Origin: Methanobacteriota archaeon
GTDB taxonomy: Archaea; Thermoplasmatota; Thermoplasmata; Thermoplasmatales; GCA-001856825
Direction: 5' to 3'
DNA length: 64,000 nucleotides
Assembly: GCA_017857235.1 (NCBI GenBank)
Contig: JAFMDN010000004.1
Coordinates: 218-64,217, forward strand
Below the pieces are notes generated by a model. The model worked only from the letters and a program-made list of their open reading frames with translations. It searched no databases and was not told the origin of the DNA. Made by a program: the position numbers and the translations under genes. Position 1 is the first letter of the stretch. Each line of letters starts with the position of its first letter. This document shows, piece after piece, positions 34,612-44,793 of this stretch.

Positions 34612-35413
34612 CGCCACGCTTTTCTTCATTCCCAACAGGTACAATGATGCATTGAAGAAGGGATCTCAGGGGGTAGCTATTTGCATAGAATCAGGTATGA
34701 CCACTAGGATTGAACCGTCAGAAGAGCTTGAGGTAAGGTTCAATGGAATCCCTTTGGATAAGTCCATACAGGAGGAAGTAGCGAAAAGGCTTAAATTTAA
34801 AGGTAAGATTTATTCAACTTCGGAACTGCCCCCTTCATCCGGTTTTGGATTAAGTGCGGCGGCAGCGTTGACAACTATCGCTGCAATTAAAGGTAATTAT
34901 ACCAGGATAGGAGAAATATATAAGATGGCTCATCAGATTGAAATAAAGAAGGGGACAGGCCTTGGAGACGTCCAGTCTCAGATTAGCGGTGGTCTTCACA
35001 TAAGGATAAAAGGTGGTAGCTTCCCGTATTCTATAACGGACAGAATATTGGTAAAAGATACTGAGCTTTTGGTTCTTCCATTTAAGAAGAAGGTTCCCAC
35101 CGGAGAAATAATAAGTTCAGAAAGCATCGTAAAGAAAATAATAAAAAATGGTAAAGAATCATTAAAAGAATTCATTAAAAGGCCAACACTAGAAAATGGC
35201 CTTAACATTGGAAGAAAATTCGCTGTAGATTCAGAATTGGTATCTCCTAACTCACTAAAAATTCTTGAAGATTTGGATAAAATTCCATCTAGTGTTTCCC
35301 TAATAGGCGATAGCATAATATCCATTTACAATGATGAAGCTTATGAGATATTAAGGAAGTATGGAAATCCAATAATCACAAAAATATCGAGAACAGGGCT
35401 AACCATTTATTGA
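34556..35413 (+). CDS. Pantoate kinase (archaeal GHMP-family kinase of CoA biosynthesis)
   Basis: AFSPGSATLFF, PPSSGFGLSAAAAL (GHMP motif) and KGTGLGDVQSQISGG match the archaeal PoK pattern as I recall it. ATG 34556 behind GGTGAT is preferred over the track start at 34520. Confidence 0.7.
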   Translation: MTSQSQSSKSYVKAFSPGSATLFFIPNRYNDALKKGSQGVAICIESGMTTRIEPSEELEVRFNGIPLDKSIQEEVAKRLKFKGKIYSTSELPPSSGFGLSAAAALTTIAAIKGNYTRIGEIYKMAHQIEIKKGTGLGDVQSQISGGLHIRIKGGSFPYSITDRILVKDTELLVLPFKKKVPTGEIISSESIVKKIIKNGKESLKEFIKRPTLENGLNIGRKFAVDSELVSPNSLKILEDLDKIPSSVSLIGDSIISIYNDEAYEILRKYGNPIITKISRTGLTIY

Positions 35414-36144
35414 AAATATGGGCCCTTTGGCACAATAAATTTGCCATCAAGTATTTCATATTCAATTTGATAAATTCTGGAAATAGCATCAACAAACTCT
35501 TTAGATTTCCCACTGAATATCCCATATAATTGCCCATTTGCCATTATCATTATTTTACTGTATAAATTAAAAGCTGCATTTATATCATGAACAACAGAAA
35601 TTACTGTTTTTTCCAAATTTATTATTGTTCGATTTAATTCAAACACTGCCTTTGGGTCTAAATGAGATGTAGGTTCGTCAAGCATTATTATTCTAGGATT
35701 CTGAGCTAATGCTCTTGCAATGAGCACCTTTTGTAATTCTCCACCGGAAATGGTATTTACATACCTTGCTTTTAAATTCAAAATTCCTACCTCATCGAGA
35801 TATCTATCTATTCCCTCAGCATTCCACCAATTTCTTATGCTTATGTACTTTCCCATTTTTACAAATTCTTCGACAGTGAAAGTATAAGGAGTGTAAAAAA
35901 TCTGGGGCACATAGGATATTAGTTTGGCTAAATCTTGCCTCCTGTATTCACTCATTTCTTTTCCATTTATAATTAATTTACCTTCATATGGGAGCATACC
36001 GCCCAATACCCTCATAAGTGTTGTTTTGCCAGCTCCATTAGGTCCTATAATGGCAATTTTTTCCCTTTCATGAATTACGAAATTCAGATTTTTCAGTATT
36101 TGTTTTTTCCCAATTTTTACAGAAAGGTCAATTGCCTCTATCAA
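35407..36144 (-). CDS. ABC transporter ATP-binding protein (FecE/BtuD-like)
   Basis: 245 aa with Walker A GPNGAGKTT, signature SGGELQ and Walker B IIMLDEPTSHLD. Confidence 0.88.
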   Translation of the reverse strand: MIEAIDLSVKIGKKQILKNLNFVIHEREKIAIIGPNGAGKTTLMRVLGGMLPYEGKLIINGKEMSEYRRQDLAKLISYVPQIFYTPYTFTVEEFVKMGKYISIRNWWNAEGIDRYLDEVGILNLKARYVNTISGGELQKVLIARALAQNPRIIMLDEPTSHLDPKAVFELNRTIINLEKTVISVVHDINAAFNLYSKIMIMANGQLYGIFSGKSKEFVDAISRIYQIEYEILDGKFIVPKGPYFQ

Positions 36145-37153
36145 AAAACCTCCTCCTGATCAAAAGGTATATTAATAAAGGTGCTCCCACAAATGATGTT
36201 ATAATCCCCACGGGTATTTCCCCCCCAGGATTGGACCTCGCTATGGTATCGCTTGCCAGGAGTAGGTTTGCCCCTATTAGTATTGATGCTGGCAACAGGA
36301 AACGATGGCTTTCTCCAATTATCTTTCTGCCAATATGGGGGGACACAAGGCCTATAAATCCAATAATTCCAACCATTGAAACCGCAAAGGACGTAACTAT
36401 GGAGGAAGATAACAATGTGATCAATTTGACTCTCTTGGTATCTACACCCATGGATTTTGCTTGCTCGTCCCCCATTAGCATTAGGTCAAATTCCGGCACA
36501 AAATATAAAATTAGAGGAAATAGAATCAGGGATGCAATGGTAAGGTAGAATACATCATTCCAATTTGCTCCATACAATCCTCCGAGCAGCCAGAATAGGA
36601 CCCCTCTTAAATTTACCTCCTTCAAATAAATAAGATAAGAGGCTAAAGCAGAAAATAGGAATGAAACGGCAATTCCAGCCAGAATCATAATTTCAGGGCT
36701 GAATTCACCGTCTACTCTTGAGATTATGAATGTAATAAAGACAGCCAGCATTGCAAATGCAAATGCAAGAGGCTCAACCACGAAAGGTGATATAAGAAAT
36801 CCTATTGAAGCACCTAGGGCTGCCCCGCTGGCTATACCAGTAAGATATGGATCACCTAATGGATTTCTAAAAATAGTTTGGGTTATAAGACCCGAGATAG
36901 CAAGTACTGCTCCAATGAGTACTGCCAAAAAGACCCTAGGCATCCTTATGTAAAATATAATAAGCATGTATATTCTGTTATAAGGATCCCCCATGAAATA
37001 ATAAAAAATCGTAGAGGTCACAGAATCAAATGGGATCCTGACAGGACCTATACTTATTGAAAATAAAATATTGAGTATCAATAAAATTAAAAGTGAAAAT
37101 AAAATTAGAAATTTAGGTTTCATTGAATACCTGTGGGTACAGGAACTGGGCAA
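36128..37153 (-). CDS. ABC transporter permease, FecCD/BtuC family
   Basis: 341 aa, polytopic, with the FecCD-type sequence (PRVFLAVLIGAVLAISG...RNPLGDPYLTGI). Confidence 0.85.
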   Translation of the reverse strand: MPSSCTHRYSMKPKFLILFSLLILLILNILFSISIGPVRIPFDSVTSTIFYYFMGDPYNRIYMLIIFYIRMPRVFLAVLIGAVLAISGLITQTIFRNPLGDPYLTGIASGAALGASIGFLISPFVVEPLAFAFAMLAVFITFIISRVDGEFSPEIMILAGIAVSFLFSALASYLIYLKEVNLRGVLFWLLGGLYGANWNDVFYLTIASLILFPLILYFVPEFDLMLMGDEQAKSMGVDTKRVKLITLLSSSIVTSFAVSMVGIIGFIGLVSPHIGRKIIGESHRFLLPASILIGANLLLASDTIARSNPGGEIPVGIITSFVGAPLLIYLLIRRRFFDRGN

Positions 37154-38060
37154 CCATCCTTACAGCATATATGGTTAAGGGGCCTGGTTCATTCATCCAA
37201 TTGGATTCAGTTTGGTTGAAAATGTATACCCTGTTATTTTGAACGGCAGATATATTCTCCCAAACAGGATTATTCTTGAAATATGAGATGTTGGAAATCC
37301 CTGTATCATTGTCCACCAATATAACCTGTGGGTTATCCTGGAGAACTGTTTCATTGTTTATGATGGGCCAGGGGCCTGTTAAGTTTGCAGCCACGTTTAT
37401 GCCTCCAGCGGTTGTTATTATGTTGTTAATAAATGTGTTATTTCCGGCCGTGTAAATTGGGTCTGGCCATAGCATATAAAGTACTCTTAGTCTTGGCAGA
37501 TTAGCGATCTTAGATGTAATGTTTCCAATGTAGCTCTTCATATAATTGACTTCGTTAATTGCGCCAGTTTTATGGCCTGTTATGTTACCTAAAAGATACA
37601 TATCCCTGTATATGCCACTAATATTGTTTGGTTCTAGCACCAGAACAGGGATCCCAAGGCTCTCCAACTGGTCTATGATTTGAGTGCTTTGGATGGTAGT
37701 TGCCAATACAAGGTTAGGATTGTAGCTTACTACCTCCTCAACAGAAGCAGTTCCATTATCCATTTCGACTTTCGGCAAGCTTTTAGCCTGCGCTGGCCAC
37801 CAGTCATAGGATGTATCAGCTACCAGTAAATTTCCTGCCCCAATTGCGTACATCATCTGTGTATTTGACGGATCCATGGAAACGACTCTTTTGATGGGAA
37901 GATATATAGTAACGTTTCTTCCTAGATCATCAGTTACCACTATTTTTTGTGGTGCCTGAATTGTGTGATTATTTAGCTGGCCTGCATAGTATCCAATTGA
38001 CAAGAATACTAGGGCCACTATTATGATGGCTAAAACATTCGACCATTTCATAGTGTACAC
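37113..38060 (-). CDS. ABC transporter substrate-binding protein (BtuF/FepB-like, class III PBP), N-terminally membrane-anchored
   Basis: 315 aa with an N-terminal hydrophobic anchor followed by a periplasmic-binding-protein-like sequence. It lies in an operon with FecCD and FecE homologues. Confidence 0.75.
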   Translation of the reverse strand: MYTMKWSNVLAIIIVALVFLSIGYYAGQLNNHTIQAPQKIVVTDDLGRNVTIYLPIKRVVSMDPSNTQMMYAIGAGNLLVADTSYDWWPAQAKSLPKVEMDNGTASVEEVVSYNPNLVLATTIQSTQIIDQLESLGIPVLVLEPNNISGIYRDMYLLGNITGHKTGAINEVNYMKSYIGNITSKIANLPRLRVLYMLWPDPIYTAGNNTFINNIITTAGGINVAANLTGPWPIINNETVLQDNPQVILVDNDTGISNISYFKNNPVWENISAVQNNRVYIFNQTESNWMNEPGPLTIYAVRMVAQFLYPQVFNET

Positions 38061-38133
38061 AAATAAACTTTATTTATTTAAAATTTATTTTACTTAAACT
38101 AATATTATTAATAGATGTAGCCTATCCTAAAAT

Positions 38134-38400
38134 ATGCAAGTTCATATAATATTCAAGGGGATTGTTCAGGGTGTAGGATTCAGGGAAAGGACCAGAAGAA
38201 TGGCTAGGTCACTCAATGTTTTTGGATGGATAAGGAACAACCCAGATGGAACCGTTGAAGCCATTTTCAAAGGAAGTCCAGAATCAGTCGAAAAATTAAT
38301 ACAATACTGTGAAAATGGAATCCCCGATGCGATTGTAACTGAAAAAATTATGGAATACCAAGAAGAAGGAAATTTTGAAGATTTTAAAATATTAAAATAA
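38134..38400 (+). CDS. acyP: Acylphosphatase
   Basis: 88 aa with VQGVGFRERTRRMA...GWIRNNPDGTVEA, the classic acylphosphatase signature. Confidence 0.88.
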   Translation: MQVHIIFKGIVQGVGFRERTRRMARSLNVFGWIRNNPDGTVEAIFKGSPESVEKLIQYCENGIPDAIVTEKIMEYQEEGNFEDFKILK

Positions 38401-38411
38401 AGTAAGATCGA

Positions 38412-38942
38412 TTAAATTTTGAGTGTTGGCTGGCCAGGTTCCCAATCTACTGGGCAAAGGCCTCCGGACTGGAGTGCTGCGAGAACCCTTTTGGTCTCTT
38501 CTGTGCTTCTTCCCACATTGTCATCTGTTACAACCATGTACTTGATTATTCCATGAGGATCTATTATAAATAAGCCTCTCAAAGCATTTCCTGTTTTCTC
38601 GTTGTAAACTTGATAGGCCTTTGATATTTGTCCTGTTCTATCCTCAACCATTGGGTATTTAGCTTTGGAAACCCTTGGGTCATGCTCAATCCATGCCTTA
38701 TGTGTATATACTGTATCTGTGCTTACAGCAATGACTTCAGCTCCCATTTTTTGGAATTCATGGTACTTCTCTGCGAATCCTTCTACTTCCGTCGGACAAA
38801 CGAATGTAAAGTCTGCAGGGTAGAAGAAAAGCACTACCCACTTCCCGCTCTTATACACGTCAGAAAGCTTCAATGGGTTCTTTGCAATTTCTCCGTTTAC
38901 TACATAGTTGGCCTCAAAATCAGGTGCTAATTTACCTATCAT
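38412..38942 (-). CDS. Peroxiredoxin (typical 2-Cys, AhpC/Prx1-like)
   Basis: 176 aa with the peroxidatic Cys in FTFVCPTE and a candidate resolving Cys in GGLCPVDW. Confidence 0.88.
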   Translation of the reverse strand: MIGKLAPDFEANYVVNGEIAKNPLKLSDVYKSGKWVVLFFYPADFTFVCPTEVEGFAEKYHEFQKMGAEVIAVSTDTVYTHKAWIEHDPRVSKAKYPMVEDRTGQISKAYQVYNEKTGNALRGLFIIDPHGIIKYMVVTDDNVGRSTEETKRVLAALQSGGLCPVDWEPGQPTLKI

Positions 38943-39002
38943 TTAACCACCCTTAAATTTGATTCGAAATCACGAGGTTTATAATAAATATTACTTAGAA
39001 AT

Positions 39003-40001
39003 TCAGTAATAGCTTTCATATCTCAAATTATGAGGATTAATAACTATTCCTTGCCCTCTCTTTACCTCGCCTATCTTAATCAAGTTTTGGTATTCGTTAG
39101 ATAAATTTCTAGCTTCTTTTGCTTCTAAAATTAGCATAAACCCTATTCCCATGTTGAAAGTCTGGAACGCCTCATTATAATCAATGTTGCCAGCCTTAAT
39201 GATCTCCTGGAAAATTGGGGGAATTTCGTAATCTATGTTGAATTCATAAAGCATATTCTTAAGTCTAAGGATATTCCTAAATCCTCCTCCTGTTATATGG
39301 GCCATACCTTTTATTTCATATTTTTCATTAATTTCCAAGATCAAATCGCGGTAAATTTTTGTACCTTTTAATAAAAGCTTCCATAATTTTTCACCATTCA
39401 AAATTTCGTTATCTAATCCCAAATTACTTTCAAGAACTTTTCTAATTAGAGAATATCCATTGGAATGAAAACCAGAACTTTCTATTCCAAGAATTACATC
39501 TCCTTCCGCAATCTTAGATCCGTCAACTAACTTAGATTTCTTTACTATGCCAAGAACTGTTCCTGCAATATCAATCCCATTTATAATATCAGGTATAGAT
39601 GCCGTTTCCCCGCCTATTATAGATATTTTAGATTGTGTTAGAGCTTGATCCAATGATGCCCCCAAATCATTAGCCAAATCAACATCAAATATGGAAGATG
39701 ATATATAATCTACCATGGCCACGGGTTCTATATTCATAGCGAGAAGATCATTTACATTCATGCCAACAAGGTCAAAACCTAACTCCTTGAAATATCTGTA
39801 TTTTAATGCCAGCAAAGTTTTAGTTCCAATCCCATCGGTGTGGAGTGCCAGGTAATTATCTCCATACTCAATGAGACCTGCATAATGCCCAATACCTATT
39901 GGTACCTTCCAATCTCCATGCAAATTTAACTTCGAAATTAGTGCTCTCCTGAATTTTCCTATTGCATCAAAGTCCACACCTGCATCTTTGTACTTTACCA
40001 T
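39003..40001 (-). CDS. purM: Phosphoribosylformylglycinamidine cyclo-ligase (AIR synthetase)
   Basis: 332 aa with YKDAGVD, HTDGIGTKT and GGETA motifs. Confidence 0.92.
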   Translation of the reverse strand: MVKYKDAGVDFDAIGKFRRALISKLNLHGDWKVPIGIGHYAGLIEYGDNYLALHTDGIGTKTLLALKYRYFKELGFDLVGMNVNDLLAMNIEPVAMVDYISSSIFDVDLANDLGASLDQALTQSKISIIGGETASIPDIINGIDIAGTVLGIVKKSKLVDGSKIAEGDVILGIESSGFHSNGYSLIRKVLESNLGLDNEILNGEKLWKLLLKGTKIYRDLILEINEKYEIKGMAHITGGGFRNILRLKNMLYEFNIDYEIPPIFQEIIKAGNIDYNEAFQTFNMGIGFMLILEAKEARNLSNEYQNLIKIGEVKRGQGIVINPHNLRYESYY

Positions 40002-40055
40002 TCGAATCTATATGTATACCGGATAAATAAATTAATCATAATTTAATGATGCACA

Positions 40056-40976
40056 GTGCAATATGTTGCCCTTGTTACTGGAGATCAAACTTCTTTGGCT
40101 GTATCTGAGTTAAAATCACTTGTGGGACTGACAGGAGGAAAGATAGAAAGTGTTAATGAAAGGGTTGTTATTTTCAGTACCACATCATTAGATGAAATAG
40201 TCAAAAGGGTTACTTTCACAAAATACATAGCTGATTTATCTCCAGAGGCCAGCAAAATGAAGAGATATAAAATATTGGAGATAATAATGGATGATTCACC
40301 TTCAAAATTGCATGACGTGGCAATGCATATCCCGGGTAGAGTGGATCTGACAAATCCCGAAGAAGTTTATTTATTGTTGACAAATTCAGACGGATTCATT
40401 ATGGGCAGGTTAATATTTGAAAGGGATGTATCTGAAATAGTTTCCTCTTTTAAAAAAAGGCCATTCAATCACCCATCGAGCATAAATCCTCTATTGGCAA
40501 GGGCAATGATAAATATATCGGGTGTAAAAATAGGAGGGACCATCATTGATCCATTTGCAGGAACTGGTACATTCTTAAGTGAAGCACAAAGAATGGGTAT
40601 AAGGGCTATCGGCATTGATTTGAGCGTTAAAATGGTAAATGGGGCCATTGAAAATATGAAGTACTATGGTTTCAATAATTATACAATTAAGCCGGGAGAC
40701 TTTTCACAGATTGGCGAGTACAATTTCGATGCCATTGTAACTGATCCCCCGTATGGAAGGGGATCAAAGATTTTTTCAGAAACTAGGATCAAATTATATA
40801 GGGATTTATTTAGCATTATAATTAGGGGCAATTACCATTATTCTATGGCATTACCAAACAAGGAAATCTTTGAACTGGCAAACGACTACCTATCCCCTAG
40901 GCTGGCGGCTGAAATATTTGTTCACAGGTCGCTCACCAGGTACATAATCACGGACAACCGTTCACTGAATATGTGA
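40056..40976 (+). CDS. THUMP-domain tRNA (guanine-N2)-methyltransferase (Trm-G10/Trm11-like)
   Basis: 306 aa. The N-terminal region is THUMP-like. The SAM-binding motif is DPFAGTGT and the catalytic motif is DPPYGR. Confidence 0.75.
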   Translation: MQYVALVTGDQTSLAVSELKSLVGLTGGKIESVNERVVIFSTTSLDEIVKRVTFTKYIADLSPEASKMKRYKILEIIMDDSPSKLHDVAMHIPGRVDLTNPEEVYLLLTNSDGFIMGRLIFERDVSEIVSSFKKRPFNHPSSINPLLARAMINISGVKIGGTIIDPFAGTGTFLSEAQRMGIRAIGIDLSVKMVNGAIENMKYYGFNNYTIKPGDFSQIGEYNFDAIVTDPPYGRGSKIFSETRIKLYRDLFSIIIRGNYHYSMALPNKEIFELANDYLSPRLAAEIFVHRSLTRYIITDNRSLNM

Positions 40977-41050
40977 TTGGTTGATTTGGACTAAAGTTAG
41001 TATGCTAATAAATTTAAAAAAGGATTTATAAGAATAGTACATTTACCCGC

Positions 41051-41284
41051 ATGGGGAGAAAAACATATCTAACAATAATATTCAGCTCCGAAGGAGAGCG
41101 CCCATCGGAGATACTGACGCGCCTAAGATCCCTAGGTTTCAAACCCATAACCGGAAGCAGAGATATGGTTTATGAATGGGGAAACCACGCAAATGTCGAA
41201 GATGCAATATCTCTGCTGGATAAAGTGTATGCAACCTTACAGGGTTATAATGTGCTATTTAGTGCAGAAACCATTGAAGAATGA
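41051..41284 (+). CDS. Hypothetical small protein (77 aa)
   Basis: ORF with a TATA-like element upstream. Its 3' end overlaps the convergent Rpp21 gene by 40 nt. No motif recognised. Confidence 0.35.
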   Translation: MGRKTYLTIIFSSEGERPSEILTRLRSLGFKPITGSRDMVYEWGNHANVEDAISLLDKVYATLQGYNVLFSAETIEE

Positions 41285-41574
41285 TTGATCTTATACCTTC
41301 TTATATATCCACACTTTCCGCACTTAACTATTAGAGCCGACCTTCTAAGTCTAATTGAACCCCCGTTGGGTATTATAGAATATTTGCACTTTCTGCAGAC
41401 CCAAACTTTAAATCCCTCAGGTCTTCTAACTCTGTATTTGGTAGAATATTTGAAAATCAGTTCATATTTTATGTGAGAATACTCTGTAAGGCCCATTTTA
41501 TCATCAATAAGCGCCAATTGGAAAAGTTCATTCATTCTGCTCTTAATTATTCTTACTTCTCCCCCTTTTCCCAT
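41245..41574 (-). CDS. rnp4: RNase P protein component 4 (Rpp21/Rpr2 homologue)
   Basis: 109 aa with a zinc ribbon (CRKCKYSIIP...KCGKCGYIRRY) after an N-terminal helical region. Confidence 0.8.
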   Translation of the reverse strand: MGKGGEVRIIKSRMNELFQLALIDDKMGLTEYSHIKYELIFKYSTKYRVRRPEGFKVWVCRKCKYSIIPNGGSIRLRRSALIVKCGKCGYIRRYKINHSSMVSALNSTL

Positions 41575-42775
41575 CTATGAATTCACCCCTGGGTTGTTCC
41601 ACTATTTCTCTTTCAATCATGATTTCTTCCCCCCTAAGAATTAAGCCATTAGGAAATATGCCATTAAAACCTTCGAAAGCAGTCCATCTGCACTTATAAT
41701 GAAGATTTTCACTTTTTATGGGTTCCTCTTCAAAATCCACGATGACTAGATCCGCATCATATCCCGGGGCTATTCTTCCCTTTGGAATTCCAATTATTTC
41801 CGCTGGATTTGTGGATAATAATTTCACTGCATAATTCAAATTAATAATGCCCCTCTTGAATAGCATTAATATTAAAGGCAACCTGGTTTCAACACCGGGC
41901 ATCCCGGATGGGGCAGAGTCAAATACCTCCTTTTCTTCAAGTGTATGTGGTGCATGATCCGAGGAGACAACATCTATCAATTCTTTTGATAGGTAATTCA
42001 TAAGATCTTCTTGTATTATATTCTTCCTTAGAGGCGGATTCACCTTTCCCAGAGATCCTAATTTCATATCTCTGTTCAAAAGTAAATGATGAGGTGTGAC
42101 CTCAACCCTGAAACCGAATGATTTTGATATTTCGGCCAGTGTTCTTGATGTTGCATGTGCTATAAGTACATTGTTCAGAGAAAGGCGAGAAATAATTTCC
42201 ACAGCCTCAAGTTCACATTCCAGAGGTCTGGAATTATCATGTGCTTTTAAGTCTTTATCATCTATTTTGTATTTATCCAGACATGATTGATTTTCGGCGT
42301 GGAACACTTTAATCTTCTCATTGTTGATTATCTTTGTAAGGTCAGAAATTATTCCGCCAGTGGATTTGCCCATGAATACCTTTTGTCCAATTGCCCCATC
42401 AATCTCATATCCCGCAGGGAGCTGATACAATGCAAAGTCTGTAAAACTTCTACCAGTTATTGTTTTTAATTTTTCATTGAACACTTCTTGTGAATTTATG
42501 GGTTTAATATTATTGGGCATGTCGGCTACTGTGGAAGTCCCTCCATAAATTGCACTCTTGGATCCAGAATAAAAATCTTCCTTTCTTTCTTCGCCCGGGT
42601 CCCTGAAATGTACATGGATGTCCACACCAGCAGGTAAAATGAAACCTTCTAATGTTCTTACGGTTCCATTTCCCCTTTCAACACCAATATTCTTAATTTT
42701 GCCGTTTTCAACTTCCAGGTATCTATCCTTGAATTCTCCATCAATGAAGAATTTCCCTCGGAAGTATTCAGTCAA
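41543..42775 (-). CDS. pyrC: Dihydroorotase
   Basis: 410 aa amidohydrolase with GVDIHVHFRDPG and a downstream SDHAPH. Confidence 0.88.
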   Translation of the reverse strand: MTEYFRGKFFIDGEFKDRYLEVENGKIKNIGVERGNGTVRTLEGFILPAGVDIHVHFRDPGEERKEDFYSGSKSAIYGGTSTVADMPNNIKPINSQEVFNEKLKTITGRSFTDFALYQLPAGYEIDGAIGQKVFMGKSTGGIISDLTKIINNEKIKVFHAENQSCLDKYKIDDKDLKAHDNSRPLECELEAVEIISRLSLNNVLIAHATSRTLAEISKSFGFRVEVTPHHLLLNRDMKLGSLGKVNPPLRKNIIQEDLMNYLSKELIDVVSSDHAPHTLEEKEVFDSAPSGMPGVETRLPLILMLFKRGIINLNYAVKLLSTNPAEIIGIPKGRIAPGYDADLVIVDFEEEPIKSENLHYKCRWTAFEGFNGIFPNGLILRGEEIMIEREIVEQPRGEFIDGKRGRSKNN

Positions 42776-42777
42776 TT

Positions 42778-43392
42778 CTATCCATTCTCCAATAGCTTTC
42801 TAAATACCGGACCGTTTGGCTCAACTTCATAGAATATTTCTGCAGTAAAAGTCTTAATTTCTACGTCTTTATCTTTCCAGCATCCCTTTTCCATTCCTGC
42901 CTTCCAGCAAACCGCGTCTAGGAATTCCTTAGAATCCATTTTCTCTTCAACAGCTACTTGGGGGAGCAAAAGACCGCTAAAAGGACCTGAACTTGCAATT
43001 AATCCATGTATACCCACAATTATCTTTTCTGGAAGTTTTGACCTATCTTCCACATTTACAGGGATAGGTTTTGTTAAAAGGGACACTTCAACAACTATCT
43101 CATCTAGCTCCCTTTTAGTAACAGGCGGGAAACGGGGATCCTCTACAGCTGCAGCAATGGCGCTTTTTATTATAGCCTCCCCCAAAGGATATATAGGTTC
43201 CGGGAAGCCAATGCACCCACGTAATTCTCCACTGGTTTTATTAATTGTGGTGAAGACACCACGCTTTTCTACGAATTTTCCACCGTAACTGTTCTTGACA
43301 ACTAGCTTTATATCCACATACTCCTCAATGGCTTTTCTTGCAAGTTTAACAGCTATAGTTCCCTCTTCATCAGTGTACTCGTAAAAATTCAT
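42778..43392 (-). CDS. AMMECR1-domain protein
   Basis: 204 aa with LRGCIGFPEP and DPRFPPV signatures. Confidence 0.85.
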   Translation of the reverse strand: MNFYEYTDEEGTIAVKLARKAIEEYVDIKLVVKNSYGGKFVEKRGVFTTINKTSGELRGCIGFPEPIYPLGEAIIKSAIAAAVEDPRFPPVTKRELDEIVVEVSLLTKPIPVNVEDRSKLPEKIIVGIHGLIASSGPFSGLLLPQVAVEEKMDSKEFLDAVCWKAGMEKGCWKDKDVEIKTFTAEIFYEVEPNGPVFRKLLENG

Positions 43393-44021
43393 ACTCCCCT
43401 CCTATCTCCCCAAATTATCTTGTGAAGCTGGGGCAACACTCTTACATTAATTCTTTTATCTAAAACCTTTTCTACCAGCCATTTAAGATTTGTTCCACCT
43501 TCAGGTTGAAAAATCACCTCACCTTCAAATGGATATTTCTCCATTATGGCAACCGAAAAGTCGAAGTCTTTTTCATCAGCAATGACAAATTTCAAATAAT
43601 CCTTGTTTCCGAGAAGTTCTATATTAGAGTATAGGTTATGTTCAACCATTTTTGATGAAGGGGTCTTGATATCCATAGAAATTATCAAGTTATCTTCTGT
43701 AGGAACCTCCTCTATGGATATAGATCCACTCGTCTCCAATATTATTTTGAAATCAAGGTCTAAAAGCTTATACATGAGCGGATAAACGTCCTTTTGAATC
43801 AACGGTTCTCCTCCTGTTATAGATACATACTTAACCCCTGATCTAACTGCCTCCTGCACAAGGTCGTCAACTTCCATCTTTGTTCCACCATAAAAGGAAT
43901 ACTTTGTATCGCACCATTCACATCTCAAATTGCACCCAGTTAATCTGATGAAAAATGTCGGTATGCCTATAAAAGGCCCTTCACCCTCTATGGATAGAAA
44001 AGTTTCGGTAATTGTAAGCAT
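43389..44021 (-). CDS. queE: 7-carboxy-7-deazaguanine synthase (radical SAM)
   Basis: 210 aa with EGEGPFIGIPTFFIRLTGCNLRCEWCDT (CxxxCxxC). Confidence 0.85.
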   Translation of the reverse strand: MLTITETFLSIEGEGPFIGIPTFFIRLTGCNLRCEWCDTKYSFYGGTKMEVDDLVQEAVRSGVKYVSITGGEPLIQKDVYPLMYKLLDLDFKIILETSGSISIEEVPTEDNLIISMDIKTPSSKMVEHNLYSNIELLGNKDYLKFVIADEKDFDFSVAIMEKYPFEGEVIFQPEGGTNLKWLVEKVLDKRINVRVLPQLHKIIWGDRRGV

Positions 44022-44072
44022 TATAACGTAATGAATTTCTGCGAAATAATCTTTATGAATTAATTGTAAGTG

Positions 44073-44732
44073 TTAAGTAGATTTTTCATTTTTTTCTCCT
44101 ATTATTATTTCACAGTCAAACTTTCCTGGTCTCACAGTATCCTTTTTAACGATCTTATAGGAAGGGAAAAGCTTGTTTAATATGGAATCCTCAAAACTTT
44201 CACACACCAGGTTCTCACGATCCACAGCTAAATTATAGTATATGCAGTTCTTCCTTTTAATTACAATGTTCCCATTTACCTCTGAAATTGATGCCATACA
44301 ACCTAGGCTATTATAAAAATTTAAAAGTCCATTTATTCCAGCATTTGGACTTATTCCTGAAACAACATTGGAGCCTGCTCTTTCAAGGAATGATTTTACC
44401 CACTCCTTTCCCATTTCCATCTCTAACTGGTCTAGAAAAATCTTTAATAATAGGTCATACCTTTTAGGAAACAGATCAGCTCCTTTCTTTGTAATTTGAT
44501 AAACCTTTTTTGGCCTTCCCCTTTTAGTATTTACAAAGTTGTAAGTTACCAAATTACCATTTTCTAAAGATGCAAGATGTTCTCTAACAGCATTTATTTG
44601 AATTTTTAATTTTTTGGACATCTCCTGGGCAGTCATTGGCCCATCTAACAGCATTTCCAGGATTTCTCTTTTAGTGCCTGTTAGTACATTTTCATCAAGC
44701 ACATATAATGTATCAATCAAGGGTATATACAT
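44073..44732 (-). CDS. Winged-helix transcriptional regulator, SufR-like (COG2345-type) with a Cys-containing C-terminal domain
   Basis: 219 aa. HTH segment REILEMLLDGPMTAQEMSKKLKIQINAVREHLASL and wing RGRPKKVYQITKKGADLF. Four Cys lie in the C-terminal half. It is divergent from sufC. Confidence 0.55.
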   Translation of the reverse strand: MYIPLIDTLYVLDENVLTGTKREILEMLLDGPMTAQEMSKKLKIQINAVREHLASLENGNLVTYNFVNTKRGRPKKVYQITKKGADLFPKRYDLLLKIFLDQLEMEMGKEWVKSFLERAGSNVVSGISPNAGINGLLNFYNSLGCMASISEVNGNIVIKRKNCIYYNLAVDRENLVCESFEDSILNKLFPSYKIVKKDTVRPGKFDCEIIIGEKNEKST

Positions 44733-44793
44733 TTTATCATTTTAGACAGTAAAAAATGTTTAAATATGAATCATAGATAATCCTGGGATTAAA

